Assembly (NCBI RefSeq): GCF_001194135.2
Contig: NC_068999.1
Coordinates: forward strand, 38,041,844 to 38,082,738
From: Octopus bimaculoides
Lineage: Eukaryota
Direction: 5' to 3'
DNA length: 40,895 nt
This document shows positions 11,160 through 21,665 of this stretch, piece by piece. A program made the position numbers and the translations under genes. Position 1 is the first letter of the stretch, and the number at the start of each line of letters is the position of its first letter. The notes beneath the pieces were generated by a model that was not told the origin of the DNA, did no database searches, and worked only from the letters and a program-made list of their open reading frames with translations.

Positions 11160-12502
11160 GGTTTCATTTATTGGCCACCAGAGCCGACATATAGGGGACA
11201 ATACAGCAGACGGGGACAGTAGGGAACGCAAAACGAGGAGTAAACAATTTGGAAAACAATAACAATACACATTAAGTGAGAAAAATATAACGATGAAAAT
11301 TCCCCACCTGGGGTCGATTCAGATATATCACCAATCCTGAACCAATCGATGCTTCGAGGTTACTCGGGAAGGATGTCTCTCTCCTTCTCAAATTCACCAG
11401 CCTACAGGTGCATTATTGGAGTAGATCCAATCACATGGGTCATTTTCGCTACATTCACCCACCTTTCAGCTAATGTACTGGGGGCACCACCTCTCCTTCC
11501 ACCTTCATCTTCCTTTCCTGGTGAAATTTGAAAAAGTTGATGAGGGATTGGCTGAAAAGAAAACTGTCTCTCTTCAGTCCTTTCAACCCGGTACACCACA
11601 CAACCCCTTTCGCTACTGTCACCAAACAGGAAAATTGCCTGCCCTCCCTGGCCAAAGGAAGGCAGCGGTTCGATCTTCACTGTGGGCTCGGCCGATAGCC
11701 AGATCCATCCTATTCGCGACAACAGCTGTTCGACATAACTCCATAAGTGAGTAATACACAGACACTGGACGACTACATGCAGAACCGTTTCGTCGTTCTG
11801 CGAGAATCTCGGGCAGGTCCGTCTGACAACACTTCTATGCCTGTAGATTTTATCTCGAACTGGCAGTGTCCCCCCACCCCCACCCGGTAGCACTGTCAAG
11901 CGAGGGATTTCTAGAAGTTATCCATCGTCCCCGGCTCGAGATTCTTCCGGAACAGACTGGTCTGTTCGACTTCATCGACGCCCAAAACATCTCTGAGTGC
12001 GACATCGCACTTTCCTATCACAGTCTCTCTATAGAACTCCACAGAACCTGTTACAAACTGAACCTGTCACCAACGGCGCCTGTCCTCTCCACAATAATTT
12101 GAAGAGGAGGCACTTCAATTTGGTTGGGCGCGAACGTGGGCAAGTTATGACGGTTAGTGGGTAGTAGATGACGGACGCGATATACGCATTCGCCACCTCC
12201 ACACGGTTTTCAGTGACAGCTTCCTCACAGCCCATTTCTGGGTGTGACTGGTTACTCTGGTCTCTGCTCGTCAACTCGTCCCAGTTATTATCTACCTGGA
12301 GGTCTGGTCCGAACCATACCCGAAGCGGCTTTACTTGTCCGTCTGTCCAACGCCCAACGACGTTGTTGCACGGTTGTTGAACGGCATCGATTTGTCAAGC
12401 GCTCCAAGCCCACCGACTTTTCCGTCTTAAACTTTTATCCCGTCAACTTTCCATATCCCTCCAATGATGTGCCGACCACCTCGATTTCTGAGTGTCCGAC
12501 AC
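11160..12502 (-). mobile_element. 5'-truncated Tx1-like (L1 clade) LINE: end of RT, thumb, zinc knuckle, 3' UTR
   Basis: Frameshifted pieces EIEVVGTSLEGYGKLTG*KFKTEKSVGL; WTDGQVKPLRVWFGPDLQVDNNWDELTSR; RVEVANAYIASVIYYPLTV...LFKLLWRGQAPLV; CPRFSQNDETVLHVVVQC..ITHLWSYVEQLL; RWVNVAKM. The 3' end is ...gtggccaataaatgaaacc followed by (ATT)n. Confidence 0.9.
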
Positions 12503-12563
12503 CATCCCATTTTGAATATGCCTCAGATATTATTATTCCTGTTTCTAGATGTATGGTAAAATC

Positions 12564-12709
12564 AGTTCGTGGTGCGACCTCAGAGAACTTGAAGTCAAAA
12601 CGAGCATAATCAAGCTATTATATAATAATATATGCAACTCTTGTGGAATATGTGCTATATGGAGTGCCACTTTCTTTTGCCCACTCACTCGTGTATATGC
12701 ATATATATA
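12564..12709 (+). repeat. Left arm of an inverted repeat (partner 13990-14141)
   Basis: About 92% identical by manual alignment (11 mismatches plus a 6-nt indel) to the reverse complement of 13990-14141. Confidence 0.92.
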
Positions 12710-12753
12710 NNNNNNNNNNNNNNNNNNNNNNNNNNNNNNNNNNNNNNNNNNNN

Positions 12754-12766
12754 GCTCTTCCGATCT
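12754..12766 (+). other. Illumina adapter remnant GCTCTTCCGATCT
   Basis: Exact 13-mer common to TruSeq adapter ends, starting at the first base after an N gap. Confidence 0.85.
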
Positions 12767-13989
12767 ATGAATATATATGTATATATATATATACGCACAC
12801 ACAAATATAAGTATATAAAAATACATACTTACATACATGTATGTATGTGTATATATGTATGTGGGTAAGTGAAATTATTGTATGTGTACATATTGCAGTA
12901 CATATATGCATATAAAAGAGGTATCAGTGCGGCGAAAACATGTCGTTTGATGCAATGAAAATTTCTATTAAGCTGTGTCTCTCCACTTGTAACCGAATGA
13001 ATATGTAGTTAAATATACATTTATGGCTAGAGTTAAAAAGCCATTTGGTCATGTATGAATTCATTTAACCATCTATATCTTCCTAATTATCGTATATAGG
13101 GCATTCTATTTTCATGTTAAACCGTTCATATAATGTAAGCATTAATACACACCCCCACACACCCACGCACACATGCATATATATATGACAGTGTATGTAT
13201 GCGCCTGTGTTTATTTAAACAAATAAACTTGCGCAAATAAAACACATACATAAACACATGTGCAAATCGCTATATGTGTGTATGTGTGTGTGTGTGTGTG
13301 TTTGTCTGCGTATGTATATATGTGTGTGTGTATGTGTGTGTATGTGTATATACGCATATATATATATACAAACATGCACACATACAAACAGATTCTCTCT
13401 CTCCCTATCTCAGACAAATACACGCGCACGCGCGCACTCACAAACGTATTTTACTGTCAATATTTTCCATACCTAAATGGGTTCTTCTACCGTACATAAC
13501 TGTTCTCATTATCTAAAGTAAGAGAAATGCTATTACGAACCGTGGAAATACCAGTGGAATAACCCAGCACATTTCAAAACGTTGTGCTAAAATATTAAAC
13601 ACAAGCAAAAGGTGTTTCAAAACAAATTCCTGTTATATCCTGTCATTTAATTAAAACTGTTTTAAATATAAATGAAATGAATTTCGAAAGTAGTGCTTTT
13701 ATTTTATCTCTTTGTAGTACGGTTGACAGATATGATATACTTTACATTTGTAAGAAAGATGAATTGAAAAGATGACACTTATACATTTTAATTAAACGTT
13801 TACTATTCACTTGCTTTATATGTCATTCGATTTTGATAAGTCCACAGGAAAAAAGCATGAGCTTCCTCACTGAATTAGATACAAACATTCTACGTTACAA
13901 ATAGATAGAACTTTACAAACTGTTTGTAACATATATAAACAGAAATACAAAACCCGAAGCAATTTAAATGTACATCCCTGCCCCACCAC

Positions 13990-14141
13990 TATATATATGC
14001 ATATACATATACATGAGTGAGTAGGCAAAAGAAAGTGGCACACCATATAGCACATATTTCACAGAAGTTGCATATATTATTATATAATAGTTTGATTCTG
14101 CCCGTTTTGACTTCAAGTTCTCTGAGGTCGCACTACAAACT
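13990..14141 (-). repeat. Right arm of an inverted repeat (partner 12564-12709)
   Basis: See the left arm. Confidence 0.92.
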
Positions 14142-14152
14142 TATAGTATAGA

Positions 14153-14159
14153 CCTCTCT

Positions 14160-14238
<79 letters not shown>

Positions 14239-14272
14239 TCTCTCTCTCCCCTCTCTCTCTCCCTCTCTCTCT
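14153..14272. repeat. (CT)n microsatellite
   Basis: Seen directly. Confidence 0.97.
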
Positions 14273-15550
14273 ATTTCGTATTTTCCTTTTCTAGTTTTTT
14301 TTTCACTGATTCCACTATTTCCATTTCTTCCTTTTCTCTCTTTCTCCCACTTCACTCTCTATGTATATTTCTGCATTTTAGTGACCCCACCCACCACTTT
14401 TAGCGTAAGCGTGGCACATGGACGAAACAGACAAAAAATCAAGAACGTGTAAAAGAATATTATAGAAGATATGAAAAAAGTGGACGCCTTTCATTGATTA
14501 TGTGTGTTCCATGATGCTGTGTTTCTTTTGCGTAGGCTGATCTGCTTCAATGTCACCATATATCGGCAAGTTGAATTAGAAACTGAATTTTTTAATATAT
14601 ATTTATGTATTCATTTTTTTTTTTAGAATTTCTTTTGTGCAACCGAATCTCATCGTGTAAACTGTTTCAGTTTCATTTCGATGGTTAAATCAGCTAATTT
14701 TGAAAACATTTGATATTTTATTGGTCGGATGAAATCGAGCAAACCTTGCCATTTGTTATTTTAAAAGGAAAACGTGGTTTGAAAATTTACTAATCTAAAA
14801 GGCACAGATTCCCTTAAATGGACAATTTCTTCACGGTTTGGGTGGTTAAATTCTGATGATTTTCGAGGCATAAATTAAAAGAAAATAGGAAGAATTTTCT
14901 CAATGGTTGTAAAAAAAATTATATATTTTCAAAATCAAATAAAATTGTTCAAACATGTGTGGCAAGAATTTCTTCAATGAATTAATGTGGAATATCTCGG
15001 ATGCCTAAGTTGAGTAATTCGGGGGAAATTTAATGCATTTTCACCTAAATATACGGAAGATTGAACATTTTTAAGTGCCGATGAAAGTGACAAAATTTTA
15101 TATATTGGCTTCAAATTTTGTCACACAGAATTTTTAAATATAAAAAAAAAATTCTTATCTGTTAGAATAGGGGGCAACTGTCTTAAACTAATTATTTCGT
15201 CTAGTATTTTGTAGCTTCAGGTGGACAATTTTGAAAAATGTCAACGGATCTGTTTATTAGCAAGATGAAATTGGCCAATAATTCAAATTTCTAAAAGATA
15301 TTGTTCCTGAAAAATGGGGTAATTTTAAATATATTGAAATTTAAATAAATATATTTTCTGGCAATTAAAAAACGTCTGTAGCGAACAAACTTCAAACGAG
15401 AGTATTACCACTCAAATATATTTGTAAATAAAAAAAAAGTAGGAATATAAACAGGAATATAAACATCAAATGTTTCAACAATTTCAGATTTATCACAAAT
15501 GTCTAGAAATTTATGCTTTGTACCTAATTTACCGCAGACATCAGAAATAC

Positions 15551-15691
15551 CTGTTTTATTAAAGCATTCACCGATTCAAGAGGATGTGCGACAATTACCA
15601 AATGGTGCTTGAGGCCCGCTCCATTTGAGAAGGGTAGATAATCCTTAGCATTAAGTATACTCCAAAACTGACATGACATTAAGGAAGGTTG
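15551..15691 (-). CDS. Candidate internal exon (phase 0-0), unknown gene
   Basis: Acceptor ttttgctcctcttttactag, 141-nt open frame QPSLMSCQFWSILNAKDYLPFSNGAGLKHHLVIVAHPLESVNALIKQ, donor CAG|gtattt; no homology recognised. Confidence 0.3.
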
Positions 15692-15976
15692 CTAGTAAAA
15701 GAGGAGCAAAACTGTCGTGCTGATGTCGTCTATGGAGGCAGAAGTTCTTGTTATAAGTACTTGTTTATCTCAAGATAAGCAACCTGCCGATTCCTTTAAT
15801 GGCATACCAACTTTGCTAAGTCTTTCATTTTTGAGATTACCTCAACTTTTCATATGAACTTAATCTAAATCGGTGTTTGGTAATTGGGACACAACCACTA
15901 GAGGAGACAACACTGTTTGATATGATACAGCTGTATTTGGCTACACAAACATACATATATACATGTGTGTGAGAGA

Positions 15977-16023
<47 letters not shown>

Positions 16024-16092
16024 NNNNNNNNNNNNNNNNNNNNNNNNNNNNNNNNNNNNNNNNNNNNNNNNNNNNNNNNNNNNNNNNNNNNA

Positions 16093-16124
<32 letters not shown>

Positions 16125-16125
16125 C

Positions 16126-16166
<41 letters not shown>

Positions 16167-16681
16167 GCGCGCACATACATACATATATATACATAAGTAC
16201 ACGCACAAACACGCATGATCATACACATATACATACATATGTACACATCACAAACACCCATATATATATAAAGGTGAACAGATAGATAAAAGCATGCATA
16301 TTTAACAGGTCATGTAACATTATAGGTTTTATTATATTGTAACATTACATTTCGCCTCAATTCATAACGCAATATAACATTATACATTTTTATATCATAT
16401 TTCAAATTTAGAAAACAAAATATTTATAGCATGTTGACGACCAATGCAAAAGCTGTTGCCACATTAAGAGCTTCCATTGATGTCAGCCTTCATCTATAAA
16501 ACTACATGAATCTGTTAAACGCTAAAAGGAAATATCACGCCATATTCCCCGAGTTGGGTTCATTGAACTTTGTGGAGTTTTATTGAAGAACTTTGTAAAC
16601 ACTTTGTTTCCGTTTCTAGCCATATACGTGATAAATTGCAAGACTAGTTTATACTTTTTATTATTACAATTTTCTTTTTAG

Positions 16682-16945
16682 TATTTGCCATATGCACAGA
16701 CATGTCTTTGTGGTGAAGTTCGCTTCACAATGATGTTTACGAGTTCAATCCATGCCTGGCGAGTTGGTCAAGTATCTTCTGCAATAGCGTCACTTCGTTA
16801 CAAGTGCAGTACAGCTTGTTGCATGGTCGGGCCATCTGGCTCTCAACCAGCAGAGTACTACCATGTGAAGAGGGTAATTTTCCTTGCACACCCTGCAGGA
16901 TTAAAAGCAAAACCTGTGAAATGGTCGATGAACTCAGTGAAGTGA
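16682..16945 (+). mobile_element. Probable decayed RTE LINE post-RT fragment
   Basis: Across frames, YLPYAQTC / KFASQ*CLR / QLVAWSGHL / VKRVIF...KPVKW appear in the order of LLYGAETW / FHxRCLR / QLRWxGHV / PKxxLF...PxxRW. Confidence 0.5.
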
Positions 16946-16981
16946 ATACCCACCCAACAGCTGGGAGCGACAAACTCTTAC

Positions 16982-17023
16982 CTTTTGTTCAGCCGCATTT
17001 CTTGGAGTAAGAAAATTTTGATG
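16982..17023 (-). CDS. Candidate 42-nt exon, phase-compatible with 15551-15691
   Basis: Acceptor atattttttag, frame HQNFLTPRNAAEQK, donor AAG|gtaaga; short, so it could be chance. Confidence 0.15.
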
Positions 17024-17125
17024 CTAAAAAATATATTTATCATTTAACAAATCTACATTTAGTTCACAAATTGTAGGAAATCTCACAATAACATAAAATT
17101 TCTGTTATTATAGTTATTAGTATTA

Positions 17126-17337
17126 AGGCAGCGAAAGCGGTGAGCTTGCAGAATCGTTAGCGCACGAGACAAAGAGCTTAGCGATATTTCGTCTGTCTTT
17201 GAGTTCTGAGTTGAAATTCCGCCGATGTCCACTTTGCCTTTCATTTTTCGGTGTCGATAAAATAAGCACCCTTGAACGCTGGGGTTGATGTAATCGACTT
17301 AACCCTTTCTCCAAAATTATGACCTTGAGTCAAAATT
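17126..17337 (+). mobile_element. SINE-A, near full length
   Basis: A-box-like ttgcagaatcgttag, B-box-like gagttgaaattcc, core actttgcctttcatttttcggtgtcgataaaataag, tail gaccttgagtcaaaatt; (ATT)-type repeats on both flanks. Confidence 0.9.
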
Positions 17338-17361
17338 ATTACTATTATTATCATTATCATT

Positions 17362-17850
17362 CTCGTGAAGATCGCCACGCCACCTTCCTTTGGCCCGGAA
17401 GGACAGGCAGTTATTCTCTGTCTAGTGGCTATGGTGAAAGAGGTTGTGTGGTATTCACGTCTGAGAGGATCGAAGACAGCCAAGGACTCACTATGTTTTT
17501 CAGGTTCCACCCGAAAAGGGAGGTGAGGCTGCAGTGAGATGTGCTGTCGCCCAGGAAGTTCTTTCGAAGGTGAGTGAATGTAGCGAGGATGGCCTGTGTG
17601 AATGAGCTTACACTAAGTATGCGCTTGTAAGCTGGAGAGGGCGAAGAGGAGAGGGGTGCTTGCTTCAGGCGCCCTGTGTGATCGGAGCGTCCATTGTGTG
17701 TGTGTGTGTGGTTCTTTGGTAGCCCCTGATTGGATCCCCACCCTTGTTGGGTTATTTAATTGTTTGAATTCTGTTGGTAATTGTTTTTGTCTATTTACTG
17801 TTTAAACGTATTGTCGTATTTGTGTGTGTCCTTGTGGCCAATATAGAAAG
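17362..17850 (+). mobile_element. 5'-truncated Tx1-like LINE 3' end (second subfamily)
   Basis: LVKIATPPSFGPEGQAVILCLVAMVKEVVWYSRLRG...MFFRFHPKREVRLQ*DVLSPRKFFRR*VNVARMACVNELTLSMRL* aligns with the C-terminus of the 11160-12502 element; ends gtccttgtggccaatatagaaag plus (TAT)n. Confidence 0.88.
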
Positions 17851-17890
17851 TATTATTAATATTATTATTATTGTTATTGTTATTATTATC

Positions 17891-18090
17891 AAGCCGGTGC
17901 CCTGGAAGGATCATTATCATGCTGGACAAAATGCTTAGCGGCATTTCGTCCGTCTTTACGTTGAAATTCCGTCAAAGTCGACTTTGTTTTTCATTTTTTC
18001 GGGGCGATAAATTAAGTACCAGTCAAGTAATGATGCTGCTGAATCGACCATCCTACTCCCGATAAATTATTGTGCCTTTAGTAGAAGGAA
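17891..18090 (+). mobile_element. SINE-A
   Basis: aaatgcttagcggcatttcgtccgtctttacgttgaaattccg...gtcgactttg...gataaattaagtaccag...tgtgcctttagtagaaggaatt. Confidence 0.85.
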
Positions 18091-18099
18091 TTATCATTA

Positions 18100-18149
18100 T
18101 TATTGGTGGTGGTGATAGTAGTAGTCGTAGTAGTCGCAGTAGTAGTAGT

Positions 18150-18220
<71 letters not shown>

Positions 18221-18232
18221 GAACAGCAGCAA
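18100..18232. repeat. Compound (AGT)n/(AGC)n microsatellite
   Basis: Seen directly; source of poly-S/V/L/T ORFs. Confidence 0.95.
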
Positions 18233-18417
18233 CAACAGTTTTAGTTTCAAACAGTTTATACTCCATTACACATTTTATTATTTTCTATTCGAATTGGTGT
18301 GAAATATTTCAAATATTTTCAGTATTTGCAAATATATTTTTATATTGCACCATCAGATATACATACATACATTCATACAAACATACATACACGCATGTAC
18401 GCATACACCCTCCCACC

Positions 18418-18467
<50 letters not shown>

Positions 18468-19418
18468 NNNNNNNNNNNNNNNNNNNNNNNNNNNNNNNNN
18501 NNNNNNNNNNNNNNNNNNNNNNNNNNNNNNNNNNNNNNNNNNNNNNNNNNNNNNNNNNNNNNNNNNNNNNNNNNNNNNNNNNNNNNNNNNNNNNNNNNNN
18601 NNNNNNNNNNNNNNNNNNNNNNNNNNNNNNNNNNNNNNNNNNNNNNNNNNNNNNNNNNNNNNNNNNNNNNNNNNNNNNNNNNNNNNNNNNNNNNNNNNNN
18701 NNNNNNNNNNNNNNNNNNNNNNNNNNNNNNNNNNNNNNNNNNNNNNNNNNNNNNNNNNNNNNNNNNNNNNNNNNNNNNNNNNNNNNNNNNNNNNNNNNNN
18801 NNNNNNNNNNNNNNNNNNNNNNNNNNNNNNNNNNNNNNNNNNNNNNNNNNNNNNNNNNNNNNNNNNNNNNNNNNNNNNNNNNNNNNNNNNNNNNNNNNNN
18901 NNNNNNNNNNNNNNNNNNNNNNNNNNNNNNNNNNNNNNNNNNNNNNNNNNNNNNNNNNNNNNNNNNNNNNNNNNNNNNNNNNNNNNNNNNNNNNNNNNNN
19001 NNNNNNNNNNNNNNNNNNNNNNNNNNNNNNNNNNNNNNNNATATATATATATATATATATATTGCCTATTATACGGACAGAGAGGGTGCGTGCGCGTGAA
19101 TTTGTGTGAGTGTGATTTAGTGTACGATTGTTTAGCCGCTTGCAATTCCAATGTCAAAAAAGAAAATCGCAGTCACCTATCAGTAAACATCTGTGTGTCG
19201 GTGCCGTGTGTCTTCGTGTGTGTGTGTGTGTCTGTGTGTATATTATATGTGTATGTGTCTGCGTGTGAGACAGTGCATGCGTGTGTTTAAGTTTAATGGC
19301 AGATTAATTCTCAAATCAGAGGATGAATGGACGCATTTATATACGTCAGTCACGTGCGGACACAGGATAAGTATACACACAGTCGGTCACATATACCCAA
19401 ATGCAGAATCTTTGATAT

Positions 19419-19489
<71 letters not shown>

Positions 19490-19709
19490 TGTGTGTTTGT
19501 GTGTGTGTGTGTGTGTGTGTACCTACATGATTATATGTATGTCTATTTGTTTATACATCAATACATGTTTATATTAGATGAGTTCTGCTTAACACAGGAT
19601 CGTGTAACCAAATGCAAGTGTGTATGTTATGCCTGTATCAAATTCCCAAGTATCGCATCATATCATATACATGAAGTAGTTCATCACTCTTCATAAACTT
19701 TAGCATTAC

Positions 19710-19832
19710 TCTTTTATCTTTTATCTTTAACCGGTTTCAGTCATTAGACTGCTGACCATGCTGGGGCACCGACCTGAAGAACTCGGGATTTCTTTTACTC
19801 TAGCTTCGGATTAAGAATGGAAGAAAACCATA

Positions 19833-19863
<31 letters not shown>

Positions 19864-20052
19864 GTGCATGTATGTATGCATGACTATCTAATTTTCTCTC
19901 TCTTTCTCTATGTATGTATATATATATGTATATACGACGAGCTTATTTTATTTTGCGTCTAGTAAAAGACATTTACCCAAAGTCCCACGCAGTGGGACTG
20001 AACTAAGAACTCTGTTGTCGGGGAAACAGGCTTCTTACCGCACTGCCACGCA
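19710..20052 (-). mobile_element. SINE-B (tail, internal TG/TA tract, head)
   Basis: gtttcagtcattagactgctgaccatgctggggcaccg ... ctagtaaaagacatttacccaaagtcccacgcagtgggactgaac...cttcttaccgcactgcc. Confidence 0.8.
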
Positions 20053-20159
20053 TTACTCCTAACCACGACACCGGACCAACCAACCACTCAAGGATTCATT
20101 CAGGGAAGCTCAACAACTGCAAATTCGAGCAACGGCCAACTTTCAATCATAAAAAGAAT

Positions 20160-20208
20160 GAGACGGTGCTCCAGCATGGCCGCAGTCCGGTGACTGAAAC
20201 TATTGACA
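20160..20208 (+). mobile_element. SINE-B 3' tail
   Basis: gacggtgctccagcatggccgcagtccggtgactgaaac. Confidence 0.8.
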
Positions 20209-20776
20209 GAGTATATATATATATATATATNNNNNNNNNNNNNNNNNNNNNNNNNNNNNNNNNNNNNNNNNNNNNNNNNNNNNNNNNNNNNNNNNNNNNN
20301 NNNNNNNNNNNNNNNNNNNNNNNNNNNNNNNNNNNNNNNNNNNNNNNNNNNNNNNNNNNNNNNNNNNNNNNNNNNNNNNNNNNNNNNNNNNNNNNNNNNN
20401 NNNNNNNNNNNNNNNNNNNNNNNNNNNNNNNNNNNNNNNNNNNNNNNNNNNNNNNNNNNNNNNNNNNNNNNNNNNNNNNNNNNNNNNNNNNNNNNNNNNN
20501 NNNNNNNNNNNNNNNNNNNNNNNNNNNNNNNNNNNNNNNNNNNNNNNNNNNNNNNNNNNNNNNNNNNNNNNNNNNNNNNNNNNNNNNNNNNNNNNNNNNN
20601 NNNNNNNNNNNNNNNNNNNNNNNNNNNNNNNNNNNNNNNNNNNNNNNNNNNNNNNNNNNNNNNNNNNNNNNNNNNNNNNNNNNNNNNNNNNNNNNNNNNN
20701 NNNNNNNNNNNNNNNNNNNNNNNNNNNNNNNNNNNNNNNNNNNNNNNNNNNNNNNNNNNNNNNNNNNNNNNNNNNN

Positions 20777-20850
<74 letters not shown>

Positions 20851-21488
20851 TGCGTGTATGCATCTGCGTGTACACTAAAGTACATACTTTATTCATACCA
20901 TACACATTTAAAAGCACACACATACACACATATTCTCCCCTTCTCCCTCTATGTCACAACCACATACAATGTTTCCTCCACACTCACAAACCCCTCACAC
21001 ATTCGTAACTGTCTCTTTAAATTGGTTCAAACTTCATCTGGGATTTTCCATTTGTCACCGGAATAATTTGAGTGAAACAACATTTATATATATCGCGGCA
21101 GCACAATGATTATTCAACGATAACTATGGTAGTATCAAAGGACAAGATATTAAAGTCACATTGTTAACATTTGTTGGAGTTAAATATCTGCCACACGGAA
21201 CAGTTTATTGCCTGACACAACATATGTGCAGTGGAGAGATTGTCATTTATGAGAGCAAGATAATTTTCATATAATCAACTACGTCTTTAAATTAGCATTG
21301 GCAAAGTATATGCATATATATATTTCGATATATATATATATATATATATATACATATTTATATATATATATATATATATATGTCCATATACATACATATA
21401 CATATACATACATATAAATATATATATTAATATGTGTGTGTATATATGTATTGTATGTATGTTTCTATGTATGTTTCTATGTATGTTT

Positions 21489-21528
<40 letters not shown>

Positions 21529-21544
21529 AGAAAGAGAGAGTGAG

Positions 21545-21553
21545 AGAGAGCGA

Positions 21554-21584
<31 letters not shown>

Positions 21585-21588
21585 GAAT

Positions 21589-21620
<32 letters not shown>

Positions 21621-21665
21621 TTAGATAGATAGATATATAGATATATATATAGATAGATAGATAGA
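21545..21665. repeat. (GAAA)n and (GATA)n tetranucleotide repeats
   Basis: Seen directly. Confidence 0.95.

Noticed and set aside
14620-15460. AT-rich region that looks like DNA-transposon interior
   Set aside because: No TIRs, TSD or coding remnant found.
16682-16874. Strong plus acceptor with CLCGEVRF (GFA/CENP-V-like) and a YEFNPC frame
   Set aside because: The second CxCxxC motif is missing, and the ordered RTE motifs across frames explain the region better.
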